From IMG/VR virus record IMGVR_UViG_3300042351_000809: 64,000 bases of DNA. One strand, given 5' to 3'. The translations under genes and the position numbers were made by a program. Below the pieces are notes generated by a model. The model had not been told where the DNA came from. It saw only the letters and a list, made by a program, of their open reading frames with translations, and did not search any database. Source of the stretch: a virus. This document shows positions 58,316 to 64,000 of the stretch, in pieces (within the stretch, counting starts at the first letter, position 1; each line of letters begins with the position of its first letter).

Positions 58316-58627
58316 TCATGGTTTGTTCTCCTTAATTGGTGATTCTACTCGACTTCTACCAAGAGCTTCTCTTGCGTCATCACGCAAACATTTATTAATA
58401 GTATATCCTAAATCTTCAGGATCTAAAAATCTATTAACAAAAGCTTCTAATTGTTCAATGCGGGGCTTTAATATGTCAACATTTTTTTCAAGTAATTGCA
58501 AATACGCAAGGCGTATTTCAGCGAGTTGTCTCCAATAACATACATCGCATAATTCTTTTTCTGTTCCATCTCGCCCATGAGAATGATGGTTGATTGCGTA
58601 TGAAAAGCAGCGTTTACAAGAAATCAT
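58316..58627 (-). CDS. Cys-rich hypothetical protein
   Basis: CKRC...CDVC plus coiled coil. Confidence 0.6.
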   Translation of the reverse strand: MISCKRCFSYAINHHSHGRDGTEKELCDVCYWRQLAEIRLAYLQLLEKNVDILKPRIEQLEAFVNRFLDPEDLGYTINKCLRDDAREALGRSRVESPIKENKP

Positions 58628-58790
58628 TGTTTGTCCTCCATAGATTGTATAATTTTATCCAACTCTTCTTTGATGCGCCATGTATTCATTGCCTCAACAA
58701 GTCCTCCATCAGATGAATTTTTTGCATCGTATGATTTCTCAGCAATTCTAGCGTCGATGTATTCTAAGAGTTTGTTAATAAGTTTTTTGT

Positions 58791-59132
58791 TCATGGTTTG
58801 TTTTTCTTAGCTCTTGTCCATTCACTAGCTATTTCCATATCACAACCAATACGATTTTTAGACATCAACCAATTGTGCATTTTATCGCCAGCTTTTTCTA
58901 GTCGTTTGATGTGTTTATTTGCAGCATCACGCTGCTTCGTCAGTAGTTCAATCTCAAGCCTACGGCAGCCGTCAGATTGATTAACTCTTTTCCAGTGATT
59001 AGTCAACCTGACATCTTGGATTGTCTTGCATTCGTAGGTAGCAAACTCTCCGCCTTCTGATCTCAGCGGGTTTCCGCCATGAATCATGATTGACGACTCG
59101 CAAAACGGGCATTTATCTGGAACTCGTTTCAC
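58791..59132 (-). CDS. Cys-rich hypothetical protein
   Basis: CPFC; coiled coil. Confidence 0.6.
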   Translation of the reverse strand: MKRVPDKCPFCESSIMIHGGNPLRSEGGEFATYECKTIQDVRLTNHWKRVNQSDGCRRLEIELLTKQRDAANKHIKRLEKAGDKMHNWLMSKNRIGCDMEIASEWTRAKKNKP

Positions 59133-59464
59133 GACTTAGTTTCCCTTCTAAATTCTTCCAAAATTGTATGCATTGCAATAGAAACCTTTCTGTGAGACGA
59201 GTCTGAAAAGAACGCTAAAGATGCTCTGTTGATAATGTCCTCAAGCCGCTTGATGCGATTATTTGCTTTTTCTAATTCTTTTTCAAGAATATATGCTTTA
59301 TTTTCTGCAATTGCTTCATTGGCTATAACTGCATTAAGCTCATACTCAAGCTTGCATGAGTGATTCAGCATGAATCTAAGCGGTTCTGCCGAATCTACTG
59401 CATCTTTCATAGCTTCTTCCCAAGCTGCGTGTGTTCTTGGGGCTTTTATCGCGTCAATATCCAT
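59129..59464 (-). CDS. Coiled-coil hypothetical protein
   Basis: 111-aa ORF. Confidence 0.6.
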   Translation of the reverse strand: MDIDAIKAPRTHAAWEEAMKDAVDSAEPLRFMLNHSCKLEYELNAVIANEAIAENKAYILEKELEKANNRIKRLEDIINRASLAFFSDSSHRKVSIAMHTILEEFRRETKS

Positions 59465-59690
59465 GTTGGTTCACTAGTCTGAATCCAAAACCCAGAAAAG
59501 TCAAGGTAAAATGCCAATAACCTTCTTTGTCATTTAAATAATAAATTACTGTCGGAAAACTCATTTTAAATCCAGAAAAAGATTGATCAGTCCATTCATT
59601 GAATCTATTGACTCTGCCTATGCTTGGGAGGTCCAGTTCAATAAATAAAAATCTGAAATTCTTTTCGTCTTTTATGATATTTATTTTCAT
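59454..59690 (-). CDS. Hypothetical protein
   Basis: Operon packing. Confidence 0.55.
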   Translation of the reverse strand: MKINIIKDEKNFRFLFIELDLPSIGRVNRFNEWTDQSFSGFKMSFPTVIYYLNDKEGYWHFTLTFLGFGFRLVNQHGY

Positions 59691-60112
59691 TTTAATGTTA
59701 ATTTACGAGAAGGGCAAAATTTAATAAATGGACAATCTGTGGCCCATGCATCACAAGTCAGACATTCTCCGTTATTGTCAAAATTTCCCGGCTTTCTGCA
59801 CGGCCACTCATTCAAGTTCCCAAGAACTTCAATAGTTATCAATCTCCAATAATCCCATTGATAACCTTTTTCATTGTGCCAAGTTACAGGCAATATTTCT
59901 TCTTTGAAACCTGCGGGGCCAAAATCAAATAATCCACGAATAACGTCGCCTTCGTAAATGGGTTTGCCGTATTTATCTTTCATTCCAGTGTATTGCTGGA
60001 TTGGATATTTGTCATTAGTTAAATATCTATCAGAATAATCAAAATCATTAAGCCCAAAATATACAAATTTACTAAACTCTGGTATATATACTCTGTATTT
60101 TAATTCTCTCAT
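59687..60112 (-). CDS. YopX-family protein
   Basis: MRELKYRV...QQYTGMKDKYG..IYEGD...EVLGN. Confidence 0.85.
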   Translation of the reverse strand: MRELKYRVYIPEFSKFVYFGLNDFDYSDRYLTNDKYPIQQYTGMKDKYGKPIYEGDVIRGLFDFGPAGFKEEILPVTWHNEKGYQWDYWRLITIEVLGNLNEWPCRKPGNFDNNGECLTCDAWATDCPFIKFCPSRKLTLK

Positions 60113-60492
60113 ATTGTTTTTAATAGCTCTGGATTCTCAAATACATTGCCGACAACTTTCATAATATTAAAACTGGCGCAATCATTGTCGATTACTTTGA
60201 GGAACCAATTTGGTTTTATTTCACTTAGTTTGTATTTTCGATCCCAGTATATTTCATATAAACCATAATGATTTTCTTTGATGTTTTTAGCGTGATCGTT
60301 TGCTGCTGTATGTAGCTCAACTAAATCGCCCTCAAAAATAGGATTATTATCTTTATCGTTTAAGCCGGTATATTGTTGAGCTATCCAATCACATGAAGAT
60401 GGATGTCCAAATTGTTCTCCTGCTTGATAAATTTGAGTATCAAATCGTTTAATGGTAAAATCCCACACTCTAAACTTTAATCGGTTATTCAT
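60109..60492 (-). CDS. YopX-family protein
   Basis: LKFRVWD...QQYTGLND...IFEGD...VVGNVFENPELL. Confidence 0.85.
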   Translation of the reverse strand: MNNRLKFRVWDFTIKRFDTQIYQAGEQFGHPSSCDWIAQQYTGLNDKDNNPIFEGDLVELHTAANDHAKNIKENHYGLYEIYWDRKYKLSEIKPNWFLKVIDNDCASFNIMKVVGNVFENPELLKTI

Positions 60493-60847
60493 TTTTATCT
60501 AAATGAGGAGTTTCAAATACATTACCTACCACTTCTAAATCGTAAACCTTAAAAGAATACCAAGAATCTTCGCATTCATCATTGATGTATCTTGGATAAT
60601 ATGCGCCGTCTTTGAATTGGACTTGAGTTTGATTTTCTTCTATAATTCCATCGTGTCTGCCTTCCCAAGTTTTGTAATTTACAATGTCACCTTCATAAAT
60701 GGGATTACCATTTGAATCATTCAATCCTGTATATTCTTGCGGCTCACTTACACCACCAGCGACACCTTGAGGCACTCCTTCATACACATCAAAATAAATA
60801 AAATACTTAGAAACAAAAGAATAGATTCTGAATTTATATTCTCTCAT
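60485..60847 (-). CDS. YopX-family protein
   Basis: MREYKFR...EYTGLNDSNG..IYEGDIV...VVGNVFE. Confidence 0.85.
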   Translation of the reverse strand: MREYKFRIYSFVSKYFIYFDVYEGVPQGVAGGVSEPQEYTGLNDSNGNPIYEGDIVNYKTWEGRHDGIIEENQTQVQFKDGAYYPRYINDECEDSWYSFKVYDLEVVGNVFETPHLDKNE

Positions 60848-60848
60848 G

Positions 60849-61268
60849 TTATTTTAATAGTTCTGGATTTTCAAAGATATTGCCAATTACTTCGCAATCA
60901 GATTGAATTGCATTACCTCTAAACTTTATATTTTGATTTTTAGCGGGTATTGTTTTATATCCAGCATATAAAATATCATCAGAATACTCTTTATATACAA
61001 CTATTCCAATATACTCATATCCAATTTTATCGCCCCAATCTTCAAAGTGATGTTCTTTAATGATATCGCCCTCAAATATAAGATAGTTATTCTCATCTCT
61101 CATTCCAGTATATTGCTGAACAACATATCTTTTTTTATCTCTTAAACATTCGCACAATGGTATAGGACATTGCCAGCCACGATCAGGTTCATAAAAATGA
61201 AATTCATCATCTTGATTTAGATAAAATTTCTTTTCAAGACCCCAGACTCTAAATTTAAACTCTCTCAT
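60849..61268 (-). CDS. YopX-family protein
   Basis: MREFKFRVW...QQYTGMRD...IFEGDII...VIGNIFENPELL. Confidence 0.85.
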   Translation of the reverse strand: MREFKFRVWGLEKKFYLNQDDEFHFYEPDRGWQCPIPLCECLRDKKRYVVQQYTGMRDENNYLIFEGDIIKEHHFEDWGDKIGYEYIGIVVYKEYSDDILYAGYKTIPAKNQNIKFRGNAIQSDCEVIGNIFENPELLK

Positions 61269-61403
61269 ACTTTATAGAGTAATTTGCCGCACTTTTTGCA
61301 CCACCATCCCTTGCTCCTGCCTACATCATAGAGCGCAGAATGGCATTCGTCAAACGAAGAATGCTCGCATTTGCGAGTTTCCCAGAACCACCATTTGAGC
61401 CAT

Positions 61404-61772
61404 TTAAGGAATGAGGGCATCGTCGTGAGTAGTAGCGACTATTTTTGGATAATATTGCTGAACGATGTGACTTAAATTCCAGAGTTCTTTGAAATCACTA
61501 TCATCGGTAACAACGCACCCAAAAGATCCGCCATAATAAATTACAGGGACATTACCTTTTTGTTTGTATCTGGCAGTAAAGTAAAGGATGTCATTCTCAA
61601 ATATTCTATTTCCATTTATATCATCAAGACCAGTATATTCTTCAATGATATGTTCGGCGCGATTAAAGCATCCAGTTAAATGAGCAACTCCCTCTACGCC
61701 ATAGAGAGAGCCAGTCATAATGTGCTTTTTTTCCTTTATGCTCCAGATTCTATAGATGAATTCGCGGCTCAT
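61404..61772 (-). CDS. YopX-family protein
   Basis: REFIYRIW...EYTGLDDING..IFENDIL. Confidence 0.8.
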   Translation of the reverse strand: MSREFIYRIWSIKEKKHIMTGSLYGVEGVAHLTGCFNRAEHIIEEYTGLDDINGNRIFENDILYFTARYKQKGNVPVIYYGGSFGCVVTDDSDFKELWNLSHIVQQYYPKIVATTHDDALIP

Positions 61773-61978
61773 TTTTTGTAATGTATAGCATTAGTACAGT
61801 TGCCTTTATGGGTCAGATTCCATCCATGACCATTGTACTGCTGAATATATTGGCAGTTATCTATTACTTTTATGGTATTATTCTTAGTTCCAATAAAGAT
61901 CCAAGAATAAACAACTAAACCAATAATTACAATAAATACTGCACCCCAAAATACGTCTTGTGTATCTCTGTATCTCAT
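61769..61978 (-). CDS. Small membrane-anchored protein
   Basis: N-terminal TM; IDNCQY...THKGNC.N. Confidence 0.6.
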   Translation of the reverse strand: MRYRDTQDVFWGAVFIVIIGLVVYSWIFIGTKNNTIKVIDNCQYIQQYNGHGWNLTHKGNCTNAIHYKK

Positions 61979-62081
61979 AATTAATCTAAATTAGGTGACT
62001 GCTCTAGTGTCCTTTATGATTTTTCTCATAAATAAACAGATTAATGCAGACAGGAGTCTCTATTTCTAGTATGTAGGACAT

Positions 62082-62396
62082 TTATTTTTGGCTTATATCT
62101 TTTATAGCAATTTGATTGTTTGAAACGTGTCTAATATAAGTATCAATACAAACAAATATGGGATACATATTAATTGGATCTTCTTGTTTATATTCTATTG
62201 ATCTATTACTATAATTCCAGAAGGAAAGAAAATCTCCTACTTTTGCAGTTCCTTTAGGGTCAACAAACAAAAGAAAAGGAATCTTATTCTCTAAACAAAA
62301 TAACCTAAACTCTTCTACTTTTTCAATTGCCATTGCTTCCATGTCTGGCAATTTGTCTGTGTCTACTTCTTCTCCTGAGATGTGTTTAATTTTCAT
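62082..62396 (-). CDS. Hypothetical protein
   Basis: 104-aa ORF. Confidence 0.6.
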   Translation of the reverse strand: MKIKHISGEEVDTDKLPDMEAMAIEKVEEFRLFCLENKIPFLLFVDPKGTAKVGDFLSFWNYSNRSIEYKQEDPINMYPIFVCIDTYIRHVSNNQIAIKDISQK

Positions 62397-62398
62397 AA

Positions 62399-62632
62399 TT
62401 ATCTTTCCAATTTTACTCCATCAACAACAGTAGAAGACAAACTATATCTGTCTTCAATATCCTCTAAAGCGCAATGATCTCCAAAAAACGCCCAACCTTT
62501 ATGAGCATCTAATTCAATCTTATATTGAGTAAGACTCTTAACTTCATCTACTCCTCCCTCATATCCCGCAACCACAACAAGGGTCTCGGGGTCGAGCTTT
62601 TGCAATTCTTGAATTAAGTCTTTTACTTTCAT
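62399..62632 (-). CDS. Hypothetical protein (MKVKDLI..L...GYEGG)
   Basis: 77-aa ORF. Confidence 0.65.
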   Translation of the reverse strand: MKVKDLIQELQKLDPETLVVVAGYEGGVDEVKSLTQYKIELDAHKGWAFFGDHCALEDIEDRYSLSSTVVDGVKLER

Positions 62633-62634
62633 AG

Positions 62635-62817
62635 TTAATCTAAATTAGGAGGCCGCTCTAGTTCCATCTGTGTGACATACCATTTGCAATCAAAAAAACT
62701 TTTTACTTTTGAATTGCGATATTCCTTTGCTTCTTTTTCGCAAGCAAAAGCCTTTTTAACATAAGGCTCTTCGCAACAATCATCTCTGTCCAAGCCATAA
62801 ACAAGATAAATTGTCAT
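62635..62817 (-). CDS. Hypothetical protein
   Basis: Operon packing. Confidence 0.55.
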   Translation of the reverse strand: MTIYLVYGLDRDDCCEEPYVKKAFACEKEAKEYRNSKVKSFFDCKWYVTQMELERPPNLD

Positions 62818-62963
62818 ATTATTCCATTTCTTGCATCAACTCTCTTGCATAATCATAACCTTCCCAATTATCAACTCCTGCATTTTCAAGAGCAGTAAGT
62901 TTTTTGCTATCTTCTAGCAATGACTCGTATTCTTTTTTACTAATTGTAACGGTTTCTTCCATA

Positions 62964-63200
62964 TTATTCACCATGAAGTTCTAGCCATTTACTATAAGGC
63001 TTTTTATCACCAGAGAAGTATTTATCATTAATAATACTTTTAGCAACAACAATCACATCTTCTATTGTATAAGCGCAATCCTTATCCCAATCAAGACTAT
63101 TAAAGATATTATTTATTAGTTCGGCGATATCAGACGGCGGCATATAGTATCGCACAGTCTTATCTAACACGCTTCTAGCAATATCATAACGCGCACTCAT
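62964..63200 (-). CDS. Hypothetical protein
   Basis: 78-aa ORF. Confidence 0.55.
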   Translation of the reverse strand: MSARYDIARSVLDKTVRYYMPPSDIAELINNIFNSLDWDKDCAYTIEDVIVVAKSIINDKYFSGDKKPYSKWLELHGE

Positions 63201-63347
63201 ATTATTTATTCATTAACCTCTTCGATCTTTTTGACAATCTGTTTTGCAAGTTGTTCGATAGTTTGACTACCATATCGGGGCCAGACAATATCAGAACTGC
63301 TTAAAATGTTTTCGATCTTTTTCTGCAATTCTTCGTTGTTCATGTTA

Positions 63348-63557
63348 TTAAATGCCAAAATCTACAGTTTTTGTCACTTCGTTGTAGTCAATGCCATTCA
63401 TGGCAGTAAAAGATTCGCCGTATTGTTCTACTTCAACATATCTAGTGCTAGTTTCCCAATTCCTAGAATATTCTTCTTTGACACGGATTTTTGTATCTGG
63501 CGGAATAGTCTTAAAAAACTCAATGACATCCGCCACAGTAATGATTTTAGTCTTCAT
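63348..63557 (-). CDS. Hypothetical protein
   Basis: 69-aa ORF. Confidence 0.55.
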   Translation of the reverse strand: MKTKIITVADVIEFFKTIPPDTKIRVKEEYSRNWETSTRYVEVEQYGESFTAMNGIDYNEVTKTVDFGI

Positions 63558-63558
63558 G

Positions 63559-63804
63559 TTATTTAACTTCCATTTCTACAACATGAGGTCGCGCATTATC
63601 ATCTAACCAAGCAGGAATCATTTTAGAATAAAAAGGGCCAGAATACATTTCTTTAATTACATAGTCAAGGGCTTTTCGTTCAGTATCAAAAACAGCACCA
63701 ACAACTTCTTCATCGTGACCCTCAAATGCACAACCAACATAAGCAAGATAAACTTTCATATTGTTTAAATCTTTTTGATGTCTTTGGGATGAATTGCTGT
63801 CCAC
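63559..63804 (-). CDS. Hypothetical protein
   Basis: ORF track; true start probably MKVYL. Confidence 0.5.
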   Translation of the reverse strand: MDSNSSQRHQKDLNNMKVYLAYVGCAFEGHDEEVVGAVFDTERKALDYVIKEMYSGPFYSKMIPAWLDDNARPHVVEMEVK

Positions 63805-64000
63805 TTGTCGAAGTGGTCAGCATTATACTCTTTGATAGGAATGTCAAGAGCAGAAATCCAGAGAGACTCTTTTCTGCCTACATAAACTACTCGGCATTGC
63901 TCATTACCTTGGTAAAGGTATTTTTGTTTTTTACAGTATTTGAATTTTTCTGTCTTGTCTCCATAGTGGTCAAATACGAGATAACCTTTCTTGAGAAGGC

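Noticed and set aside
1-64000. Alternative genetic code
   Set aside because: Long genes are intact in the standard code, coding density is high, and no suppressor tRNA was seen.

Overview
A 64-kb slice of a large, AT-rich tailed dsDNA phage genome. (i) 1-33.2 kb is a mostly minus-strand virion/packaging block: two ~2600-aa GNVGIGT-repeat tail fibres, major capsid, decoration, protease/scaffold, tail-tube-like protein, portal, large terminase, ERCC4 nuclease, a sigma-factor-like protein, PhoH and an HNH nuclease. (ii) 33.5-45.2 kb is an apparent early region cut into self-contained promoter-gene(s)-terminator units by 15 copies of a 39-bp dyad element (AGAGTTGC-N7-GGGCACCCC-N7-GCAACTCT). It has mixed gene orientation, mosaic GC content, mostly leaderless sigma70-type promoters, and eight sigma54 (-24/-12) consensus sites in head-to-head pairs. 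(iii) 45.3-48.0 kb is an RNA locus with 7 tRNAs (including a rare Ile-UAU), an inserted HNH gene, boxA-like motifs and several unassigned structured-RNA candidates. (iv) A repeat-rich non-coding stretch at ~48.3-48.6 kb is a possible origin. (v) 49-64 kb is a dense run of small minus-strand genes, including five near-tandem YopX paralogs. The best candidate for an undescribed system is the repeat-delimited cassette array with its sigma54-site cluster. No recombinase is visible in the window. All family calls are by eye from motifs; no database searches were run.
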